DNA of 64,000 bases, taken from Lentimicrobiaceae bacterium (lineage in GTDB: Bacteria > Bacteroidota > Bacteroidia > Bacteroidales > UBA4417). The stretch covers positions 2,035 to 66,034 of the forward strand of contig JBAZWY010000022.1 of NCBI GenBank assembly GCA_041660125.1, given 5' to 3'. The notes below the pieces were generated by a model. That model was not told where the DNA came from, made no database searches, and worked only from the letters and a program-made list of their open reading frames with translations. Position numbers and translations under genes: made by a program. Shown in pieces: positions 37,817-46,223 of this stretch. The stretch's first letter is position 1. Each line of letters starts with the position of its first letter.

Positions 37817-38133
37817 GGTTCAGGTTAGATAATGCAAAATAACGAAAAAATGAGGTGTGATGGACGATTTGAAATTAGGATTTATAATTTACGATTGACG
37901 ATTAAGTCCCCTAATGAATAATCAACATAAAAGCCAATGAGAATGAATGATAGTTAGTTTTATATAAATGGGGTAAACAGGAATAAGGTTATGTGTGTTA
38001 TTTGTGATGTATAAAAACGGGAAAATACATGGATGGGTATTTGAACATTATTATAGGATATTTATTATTTTTACATATTCTAATATTCCAGCTTTCCGTT
38101 TTCTAGATACGCTTCAAATGTAATCAATGAAAT

Positions 38134-38937
38134 ATGACAACCCTGAAAAGTGAAAACGAGGACGATCTTGAAAAACTCAGGATGGAAAATGAGTTGAGAA
38201 AGATGAAACTCAGGCTTGAATATGGTGCCGAAATTTCAGAAACTCCGGGAAATAACCATATTGATATTGCAATGGAGAACAAATTCCTTGATTATATCGA
38301 TGAATTTGAAAAAAACTGTCAGAATGCAGAATCCATTTTACTTTATGATTTCCTGAACCGGCCGGATTATATCAAGGTGAGAGAGATTCCTGATTCAAAG
38401 ATTAATGCAGAATTAGACCGGATAATGAAAATCCTAAATGAAAATGGTATTGAATTAAATGCCCTCTGCGAGGTGGATGAACGTGAGCTCTATCGCTTTA
38501 TTACCGAAGAACTTTTTCTCCATAAGGTTGACAATATGAGAGTTAAAGGAATGATGACTTGTTTTATTTATGAAGAGTTCCATCCGAATCATGATTATGA
38601 TATCAGAAGATACAGTACCGAAGGAGTTGAGGCCTTTTTAAGCAAAGAAGATGAATTTTACGCATATCATTTTACCAAAGAAGCAGAGGAAGCATCATGG
38701 TTCAAAGATTTTCGAAATGCGTTTGAATCGTTTACGTTGAAGCATTTTGAAATAACCCAACTTCACTTTGACGAACAAAAAGCGAAAGTTAGCTTTAATA
38801 TTGACTTTACCGGATTCATTGAAGGGAGTCACGAAAAACATCGCTTTTCAGGCGAAGGCACGTTGGAATTTATTTACCAATACGATTATTGGTATATTCA
38901 AATGATAAATTTCCCGGCTGCTGAAAATTCATTTTGA
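38134..38937 (+). CDS. Hypothetical protein (acidic, helical N-terminus; the C-terminal half may be NTF2-like)
   Basis: 267-aa ORF with coding-like composition. I did not recognise any family. Confidence 0.45.
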   Translation: MTTLKSENEDDLEKLRMENELRKMKLRLEYGAEISETPGNNHIDIAMENKFLDYIDEFEKNCQNAESILLYDFLNRPDYIKVREIPDSKINAELDRIMKILNENGIELNALCEVDERELYRFITEELFLHKVDNMRVKGMMTCFIYEEFHPNHDYDIRRYSTEGVEAFLSKEDEFYAYHFTKEAEEASWFKDFRNAFESFTLKHFEITQLHFDEQKAKVSFNIDFTGFIEGSHEKHRFSGEGTLEFIYQYDYWYIQMINFPAAENSF

Positions 38938-39090
38938 TAAAACATTTAAGCATTGGGAGGGATAAACAAACAGCTCTATGGTTTAATATACCTACCCCGA
39001 CCTAAAATATCATTTATATACCTGTGGAATGCAGTTTGAAGTCTGTGTAATCTGTAAATCGGTGGTAAAAATAGCTTCTAATCGGGCTGA

Positions 39091-39999
39091 TTAGTTACCT
39101 TTTTCTTTTTCCGATTTTTCTTTTTGCAGCTGCATGGTCAAAGCCGTTACTCCACTGAGTCCACCTAATTCCATTGTTTCTAACGCCGAACTGGGAACAA
39201 CTACAATAGTCGAATTCTGTTTCAGTCCTTCGTAGAGCATATTCGTTGCCCTCAGGTGAAGAGTGGTTGGATTGTCGGCATAGGTTCGGGCTCCATCCCC
39301 GAATTTCTCAGCTACCTGCCGTTCCGAATCTCCGAGTATAACACGAGCCTGCCGCTCTCTTTCAGCTTGTGCCTGCATCGACATGGCATCTTCCAAAGCC
39401 GGCGGAATCAGTGCATCCTTAACCTCCACCGAAATAACATTGATACCCCATGGCTCTGTACGCTCATCAATAATTCTTTGAAGTTCGGAACTGATTTTTT
39501 CCCTGCCTTCGAGTATATCCGAAAGCATGGTCTTACCGATTACATCCCTGAGCGCTGCTTGCGAAGCCCAGCTTATGGCACTTTAATAATCGGCAACATC
39601 CAGAGAAGCCTTTTTCTGGTCAAGCACTTTCCAGAACAGCACCGCGTCCACATCCACTAGAACAGTATCTTTGGTAAGGGTTTTTTCGGTTTTGAAAGTT
39701 GTAGTGATTACATGGGTATCAATCCAGTAAGGGATAGCATCGATTACTGGAATAATAAAAAACAGCCCGGGTCCCCGGATGGCACGAAAATTACCCAGGC
39801 ACAGTACTACCGCTTTCTCCCATTGATCCGCAATTTTAATTGCGGATGAAACAATGATAGTGATAATAAAAGTAACGATGATCATACCCATAGTTCCGGC
39901 GGTATCTGCCTGTCCGTTATAGGAAGAATAAGCTATTCCGCAGCCGATAGCAACGATAATTACAAAGATCAGCGAAGCGAAAGCATTAAAACGTCTCAT
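39091..39999 (-). pseudogene. SPFH/band-7 (stomatin/prohibitin-like) family gene interrupted by a single in-frame TAA
   Basis: ORFs 39583-39999 and 39091-39528 are in the same frame. Reading through gives ...ASLDVADY*SAISWASQAALRDVIGKTMLSDILEGREKIS..., a continuous SPFH domain. The TAA lies at 39583-39585. Confidence 0.8.
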
Positions 40000-40116
40000 T
40001 TAAAGTTCTTCCATATTAGGTTCAAATCTTGAAATATTTTATGGATTATCCATATTATAAAGTTACCACCTTTTATAAGAAAATATTCAATTTCAGCAGG
40101 ATAATTATCTGATAAA

Positions 40117-41400
40117 TTATAAATAAAAGCTGATTGCACCCGTCAAAACGGTAACCAGCAACATAACTAATGTTGTAGCAACAGCCCATTTTAAAGTAAA
40201 ACGCTGATGTGCTTCAAAACTAACACCAGCCAGTCCGATCAATAAGTAGGTCGATGCAACCAGGGGACTCAGCATGTGAACGGATTGCCCTAAAAGCGAA
40301 GCCCGTCCGATTTCAACTGCAGTAACTCCGAAATGTGAAGCAGTTACGGCTGTTAAAGGAACAATCCCATAAAAATAGGCATCATTGCTGACGAAATACG
40401 TGAATGGCATTGAAGTAAGGCCAGTGATAATTCCCATGTTTGGCCCCAATGAATCAGGGATAATGTGGATGAAACTTTGTGCCATAGCATCCAGCATTTT
40501 AGTGCCCGACAGAATGCCTGTAAAAATGCCGGCCGCAAAAACCATTGAACCTACTGATAAGGCACTTCCGGCATGTGCTGCCAATTTTTTCCGCTGTTCT
40601 TCAAGGTTCGGAAAGTTGATAATCAAAGCAATAGCAAGGCCAACCATAAATGTAATTGCAATCGGGAATAAACCTGAGACCAAAGTTACAATCAGGACAA
40701 TAGTCAGTAACAGGTTGGTGAAATAGATTTTTTTATTCTTTATTTCTCTGTTTTCAGGAACTTCTATATGTATTATTCCCAGTCGTTTTCGCTCTTTTTT
40801 ACCAAAAATGTACGCAACAAACAAAACCCATACGATCGATGCAACCATACTTGGAATAATCGGGTTAAACAGTTCGGTTGGATTAAGGTGTAAAGCGCTC
40901 AAACAACGTGCATTTGCGCCGGTCCAGGGGAGTTTGATCATGATACCGACGCATAAGGTAAGAATAGCAGTCAGAATCAGAGGATTTATTCCAAGGCGTT
41001 TATATACCGGGAGCATTGCTCCGACAATGATCAGGTAAGTTGCTGCCCCGTCCCCATCTAGCGCAACAATGAAAGCAAGGATACATGTACCCATAATTAC
41101 TTTTAAAGGATCACCTTTAGCAATTTGCAATATCTTAATTATCAATGGCTCAAAAAGCCCTACTTCGAACATGATCCCAAAATACAAAATTCCGAACATG
41201 AGCAATACACCTGTTGGAGCAGTAGCCACCAGCCCATCTTCCATCATTTTGCTTAAACCTGATCCGGCTCCGCTTATCAGTCCAAATAAAATTGGAATCA
41301 GGGTCAGTGCGACCAAAGGGGAAAGTCGCTTAGTCATGATTAAAGTGATAAACGTTGTAATCATCCCAAGGCCAAGTATGGCAAGCATCGTTTCACTCAT
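40117..41400 (-). CDS. CitMHS-family (citrate/divalent-metal:H+ symporter-like) transporter
   Basis: 427 aa and polytopic. The N-terminus LAILGLGMITTFITLIMTKRLSPLVALTLIPILFGL resembles CitM/CitH family permeases of the ion-transporter superfamily. Confidence 0.65.
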   Translation of the reverse strand: MSETMLAILGLGMITTFITLIMTKRLSPLVALTLIPILFGLISGAGSGLSKMMEDGLVATAPTGVLLMFGILYFGIMFEVGLFEPLIIKILQIAKGDPLKVIMGTCILAFIVALDGDGAATYLIIVGAMLPVYKRLGINPLILTAILTLCVGIMIKLPWTGANARCLSALHLNPTELFNPIIPSMVASIVWVLFVAYIFGKKERKRLGIIHIEVPENREIKNKKIYFTNLLLTIVLIVTLVSGLFPIAITFMVGLAIALIINFPNLEEQRKKLAAHAGSALSVGSMVFAAGIFTGILSGTKMLDAMAQSFIHIIPDSLGPNMGIITGLTSMPFTYFVSNDAYFYGIVPLTAVTASHFGVTAVEIGRASLLGQSVHMLSPLVASTYLLIGLAGVSFEAHQRFTLKWAVATTLVMLLVTVLTGAISFYL

Positions 41401-41488
41401 TGCTTTTATCTAAATTATATATAGAACAATTGACAAATTCTCCTGTGTTTTCTTGCATGAAAGAGTTTCCCTAAGTAAGCCTGCTAGT

Positions 41489-41530
41489 AAAAAAGAGGTA
41501 ACCGTTTCTGCAATAAACGGTTAACCTCTT
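41489..41530 (-). terminator. Rho-independent terminator closing the ARH-PUL operon
   Basis: The minus strand reads GAGGTTAACCGTTT-loop-AAACGGTTACCTC followed by a T6 run. It lies 85 nt downstream of the FISUMP gene stop. Confidence 0.7.
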
Positions 41531-41614
41531 CTTAATCAACCACTAATATTCTTCTAAATAAGCTTATCTTCAAATCTTTTAAATTCAAAAAACAAGCCTT
41601 GCTCTAGATGTCTA

Positions 41615-43558
41615 TTAATATGTGTAATCCCATTCTTCTGTTGAACTATCTACTGCATTTGTCTTCACTATCTTTGTTATCCTGTTGTTGGCATCTCTGG
41701 TATACACAAAGGTTGCAGTTTTCTTAACAATGGGAGTTGCGGTTGGATCCCAGTACGTATATGAATCGATCAGTTTTGCGCTTGGCCTACCATACAAATT
41801 ACCATAGGGTCTCCAATCCGAATCGGATATATTTGACTGAAAAATGCCTTCTGCATTATTATCAGCCAGGTATGTAAACACCTTTATCTGAGTTGTATCA
41901 CCTGAATCACTATATTTAACAATTTTACTGACATTTCCATCAGTGATAAAAACTTCTCGCTTTTTAGTGTTTGTACCAGAAAAAAATTCATTATATGAAA
42001 TACCAAAACCATCCGCATTGTATTCGTAGCCAAAATAATCACCTCCGCCCTGGTCGTCTTTTGTAATGTAGCCTGATGCATTCAGATCATATGAAGCATA
42101 TACAGAATTGTCATCTTTTGTGAGGGTCAGTTTATTGGGTACCGAATAATCGTAAGTCAGGGTTTTATCCACAGATCCTGCCCATAGGTCAACCATTTGT
42201 GCTACTTTACCTGATATATCATAAGTAAAATCCCACTCTTCTATATCAGTTTGCCAGGTAGCATGAAAAGCAATTGATTTTATGGTATGATCATCCAGAA
42301 TACAACGAAGCGAGAAACCATTCCGTTTACTAGTGCTGTATGTCATATCAAGAATAGGAGATTCACCAGTCAGGAACGCACACGTGCCTTTGGTAGCATC
42401 AGTAGCGAGCTCTGTAGCTGTCCATAAGTAATTGTAATTATAATCGTTAAATACACCACTGCTATTACACTTAGCACCTGCTCTTGCGGAGAACCCAGTT
42501 TCATTGGTAGCGTCAGCATTAGTCTCTGGTGCCCAATTGACAACCCCTGTTTCTCTTAATTTATTACCAGCTTCATCTACCCCCAAAAATTCTGATAATG
42601 TGCCGTATTCTTCAATGGTTGGTACATGCCAGCCAGCGGGACATATATTACGGACATCATTTACGGCAAACCAGTTGTATAATTTACCAAATCTTGCGGC
42701 ATTGTCAGTATTGTTGTCTAAATCGCACCATGCACCCGTAGTTAAAAGTATCCATGCCTCAGGAGTGGTTACATTGTCAATGGAAGCACCTGAACTGTAT
42801 TTGGTAGTTCTCAGGCATTCAGCCATCCATATTTGACCGCCAATTTTTACAGTTGCATAGTAATTGCCGGAAGCATCTTTGCATTCAATAAAATTGAAAT
42901 TAACTGTCTTGCTATCGGTTGGTACATCGGTAACGATAGTGGCGTAATTCCCGGATATTCCTTTATACAACATGATATCACCAGGTGTATAAGCCAAAGA
43001 GACAGAAGCTTCAGCACTTTTAAGCGGACTTACGATATTCTTTTCCTGAACACCAACAAAAGAAATTTCAGGGTGGCTATTGTTGCTGGAAACACTAATC
43101 ATTTTGCCAGATAAAGCATATCCAGCCCCCTGCACGCCAATCACATAAGCACCTGTTCGCAATGAAACCTGAAATGAATTTGTTCCTTTTTGTAGATTTT
43201 GCGAAAGTGAGGCAATCTTTCTACCATCCATACTGTATACGCTGATACGTGCATTTCCAGCCTGTTTAGCATAAAATGAAACAGTTGAAGTTCCTGCAGT
43301 GGAGTTAGAGGTAATTTGTATCCCGTCATTGTATGCAGATAATGGTTTAAGAGCTGTAGTTACATTTAAAACTAGTACATCTCCACTCGGCACTGTAGTT
43401 GATATGCCTTGGGTAACGTTTTGGGCTTCAACACTTTCAACAGTTGCACTTTCCCCGCTTCCTGTAAAAGAAATGGTGTAAACCTGTGCAAATGTTTGTA
43501 ATGTTCCAAAGAACATTAAGACTGCGGCAAATAATGCCCATGAGTAATTTTTTTTCAT
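41615..43558 (-). CDS. Secreted multidomain protein with a Fibrobacter succinogenes major paralogous (FISUMP) domain
   Basis: 647 aa with a signal peptide. The central FISUMP pattern is present (ATVKIGGQIWMAECL...GKLYNWFAV...CPAGWHVPT...GFSARAGA...YLWTATE...FSLRCI). An N-terminal beta-sandwich resembles a T9SS sorting domain. The C-terminus has YD-like repeats. Confidence 0.75.
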   Translation of the reverse strand: MKKNYSWALFAAVLMFFGTLQTFAQVYTISFTGSGESATVESVEAQNVTQGISTTVPSGDVLVLNVTTALKPLSAYNDGIQITSNSTAGTSTVSFYAKQAGNARISVYSMDGRKIASLSQNLQKGTNSFQVSLRTGAYVIGVQGAGYALSGKMISVSSNNSHPEISFVGVQEKNIVSPLKSAEASVSLAYTPGDIMLYKGISGNYATIVTDVPTDSKTVNFNFIECKDASGNYYATVKIGGQIWMAECLRTTKYSSGASIDNVTTPEAWILLTTGAWCDLDNNTDNAARFGKLYNWFAVNDVRNICPAGWHVPTIEEYGTLSEFLGVDEAGNKLRETGVVNWAPETNADATNETGFSARAGAKCNSSGVFNDYNYNYLWTATELATDATKGTCAFLTGESPILDMTYSTSKRNGFSLRCILDDHTIKSIAFHATWQTDIEEWDFTYDISGKVAQMVDLWAGSVDKTLTYDYSVPNKLTLTKDDNSVYASYDLNASGYITKDDQGGGDYFGYEYNADGFGISYNEFFSGTNTKKREVFITDGNVSKIVKYSDSGDTTQIKVFTYLADNNAEGIFQSNISDSDWRPYGNLYGRPSAKLIDSYTYWDPTATPIVKKTATFVYTRDANNRITKIVKTNAVDSSTEEWDYTY

Positions 43559-43614
43559 GATTTTTTTTTTAGGTTAAACATTAATTAATTGGGGGGTTAG
43601 AAATAATTCGTTAG

Positions 43615-44628
43615 TTAATTTCCGGCCAGAATAATCAGCGCCAGACCAGCTGTAAAAAGTAAAAACATAAACGCAAGCAAGGTATTAACTGATTTATTGG
43701 CGCCTTTAAATTCTTTCCAGATAAAGACACCCCAGAAAGCACCAATCATGGTAGCACCTTGTCCAAGTCCGAACGAAATGGCATACCCGGCTTTATTTGC
43801 TGCCAAAAGGCTTAACGAGGTTCCGAGCGCCCAAATCATTCCACCGATAATTCCTGACAAATGGCTTCGGAAATTACCTTCGAAATATTGTCTGAAATTA
43901 ACCGGAATGCCTTCGATAGGATTTTTCATCAGGTATGTATTGAACAGAAAATTGCTTATAACGATACCAATTACAAAAAAGAAAAATGCGGCGTAAGGAG
44001 TCAGTTTTCCGGCTTCGGATAATCCGGCTGCCGTAGCTTCGGGATCAGTAGCAATTGCACTTGCAACAAAGCGGAAGAACCAGGCCATAAGAAATCCTGC
44101 TGATATTGAAAGGAGGATTCCTTTTGTGGATGCCTTTTTTTCGCTGACAGCATGTTTTTTATAGGCCAATGCATCAAGAATTATTGCCACTACAACAATT
44201 CCAACGCCAATAAACAGGAGTAAAGGGTCTCCTTTAGGCGTAGCTATATAATTGATAAGTACACCCAGTACCATAGCAATTCCAACTCCAACCGGGAATG
44301 CAATAGACATACCTGCAACAGAGATGGCAGCAACCAACAGAATATTGGAAAGATTAAAGATGATACCGCCTAAAATGGGATTGAGAATACTCGAAGTGCT
44401 TGCCTGTTTGATACTCTCAACAAAGCCCATTCCAATATTGCCGATACTGCCGAAAGTGAAACCGAAAAGCAGGGAAAACAGTAAAATCCCGATCACATAA
44501 TCCCAATAGAAAAGCTCGAAACGCCAGCTTTTGGCGGCCATTTTCTGTGTGTTCGCCCACGATCCCCAGCAAAGCATGGTAACAAAAGTGAGAACAACTG
44601 CCAGCGTGTAACTACCTACGATAAACAT
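43615..44628 (-). CDS. GRP/DMT-superfamily sugar permease (ribose/glucose-uptake-type candidate)
   Basis: 337 aa with about 10 transmembrane helices. The N-terminal CWGSWANTQK resembles the GlcU/RbsU FWGS motif. It shares an operon with a ribokinase. Confidence 0.55.
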   Translation of the reverse strand: MFIVGSYTLAVVLTFVTMLCWGSWANTQKMAAKSWRFELFYWDYVIGILLFSLLFGFTFGSIGNIGMGFVESIKQASTSSILNPILGGIIFNLSNILLVAAISVAGMSIAFPVGVGIAMVLGVLINYIATPKGDPLLLFIGVGIVVVAIILDALAYKKHAVSEKKASTKGILLSISAGFLMAWFFRFVASAIATDPEATAAGLSEAGKLTPYAAFFFFVIGIVISNFLFNTYLMKNPIEGIPVNFRQYFEGNFRSHLSGIIGGMIWALGTSLSLLAANKAGYAISFGLGQGATMIGAFWGVFIWKEFKGANKSVNTLLAFMFLLFTAGLALIILAGN

Positions 44629-44660
44629 GGTTTTTAGTTTTAGTTAGTAAAAAGTTATTG

Positions 44661-46220
44661 TTATTTGTGAAATCTTTGTTCTGCAAATGCAATTATTTCC
44701 GGCAACCCTGCCATGAAAAAATCAAACCCGCCTTTGCCTTCCCTCACCCTGTATTCGTGTTGTAAATCTTTGTCACGCAAAAGCATATGAGCATTCCCGT
44801 TGCCTTCGTAAAAACCACCTTTATCAGGTGCGTCGATAAAAAACGAAGTACGTTCGAGGGCTTTAGGTTTCATATCTGATAGTAAACCAGAGAAAAGGTC
44901 TTTTGAAATGAAAGCGTCGCTAATAATACACGAAACAAATTGCTCCTGAAAAGCCGTTTTGCATATATCGGATGCTTCAGCCTGATATCCTGCTATAGCA
45001 CGAAACCGATAGCCTTTGCGTATTCTTAATTTTTCTTCGAATTCAGGCATTAAGGCTGTTAATTGCTTTACAGAATTCTCAGATAAAAACACAATCAATA
45101 TAGGACTCATAAGGTTCTTTTCAATCTCCTGATTCACCTTTTCCGCAATTGTCTTACATTGAGCTTCCGAAAAATTTCCTGCTAAATAAATAACAGGGTA
45201 AAATCGGCTGGTATATTCATATTCAGCAGGCACAAAGGCATAAACTTGCTCATTACCGGCCGTTAGAGTTAGTAATTGTTTTTCAGGCAACATGTTGGAG
45301 ACACTTTTAGTTGTTATATCTCCCCGATACAGTTTACCATCGAATGCATCACTGATAAAACGGAGTGCATTTGGCAATGCCGAACACCAGTACTGGAAAC
45401 TGTGACCTCCATCACGGACCCGGAATTCATGAGGAATATTCAGGTTGCGCATTAGTATATGTAATTCCTCGTTACTCCGGCAAAGTGTTTGTTCTTTGTC
45501 GCCATTATCAATATAAATATTCAGTTTCTTAATATCAGCAGATGGCATTTGAGATAAAATGTAATAAGGGCTATTCTGTTTGTAATACTCAGTGATTCTA
45601 TTTTTGCCTTTAAATTCCGGCTCACCAAATAACCGGCCCCATTGATCATCCCAGCCGGAAGCATCTTCAGTCATATATTGTTCATCGGTACGGACTGAAA
45701 TACTCAAAGGAACCGTAGTGCCAAATACATCCAAATGTTTCAGGTGCAGATTCAGGGCACCAAATCCTCCCATGGAATAGCCCATCAGGGCGCGATGCTG
45801 CCTATCGGCTTTAGTTCGGAAAAGGCTGTCAATGTATGGCACCAGCTCGTTTACAAACATATCCTGATAAAGGAATGACCGTTTATAATCATTCACATAA
45901 TAAGTGCGAAATGCTTCGGGCATCACGAAAATCATGGATTGGATTTCCCCGTCTGCAACGGCCTTGTCAGCATATTGGCTGATTTGACCATATTCCAGCC
46001 ACGAGGCTTCATTATCACCAAGCCCGTGTAATAAATAAACAACAGGAAAGGATTGCTTTGTATCATAATAATTTGCCGGCAGACAAACCGAGAAATGGAC
46101 ATCCTGGTTTAATATCTTACTAGACATCACCATGCTTTCCATAATCCGCAAGCCTGAAGCTGCAACCGTATTGCAAATCAGTATTATGCCAAAGAAAAAC
46201 AGTAAAGAAGTTCGTTTCAT
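44661..46220 (-). CDS. Secreted esterase (esterase-D/CE1-like alpha/beta hydrolase) fused to a degenerate second esterase-like domain
   Basis: 519 aa. The N-terminal domain has YLLHGLGD, the nucleophile elbow GYSMGG, and Asp/His candidates (DNGDKE, DGGHSF). The C-terminal copy reads AGYQAE and GKGGFDF, so both Ser and His are lost. Confidence 0.8.
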   Translation of the reverse strand: MKRTSLLFFFGIILICNTVAASGLRIMESMVMSSKILNQDVHFSVCLPANYYDTKQSFPVVYLLHGLGDNEASWLEYGQISQYADKAVADGEIQSMIFVMPEAFRTYYVNDYKRSFLYQDMFVNELVPYIDSLFRTKADRQHRALMGYSMGGFGALNLHLKHLDVFGTTVPLSISVRTDEQYMTEDASGWDDQWGRLFGEPEFKGKNRITEYYKQNSPYYILSQMPSADIKKLNIYIDNGDKEQTLCRSNEELHILMRNLNIPHEFRVRDGGHSFQYWCSALPNALRFISDAFDGKLYRGDITTKSVSNMLPEKQLLTLTAGNEQVYAFVPAEYEYTSRFYPVIYLAGNFSEAQCKTIAEKVNQEIEKNLMSPILIVFLSENSVKQLTALMPEFEEKLRIRKGYRFRAIAGYQAEASDICKTAFQEQFVSCIISDAFISKDLFSGLLSDMKPKALERTSFFIDAPDKGGFYEGNGNAHMLLRDKDLQHEYRVREGKGGFDFFMAGLPEIIAFAEQRFHK

Positions 46221-46223
46221 TTT

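Noticed and set aside
39583-39585. Programmed recoding (selenocysteine or read-through) as the explanation for the stop inside the SPFH gene.
   Set aside because: The codon is TAA, not TGA. No SECIS-like hairpin follows it, and SPFH proteins are not known selenoproteins. A nonsense mutation or a sequencing error is more parsimonious.
39256-39660. A 134-aa plus-strand ORF bridging the break in the SPFH gene.
   Set aside because: It is antisense to a clearly homologous SPFH coding sequence and has no recognisable features.
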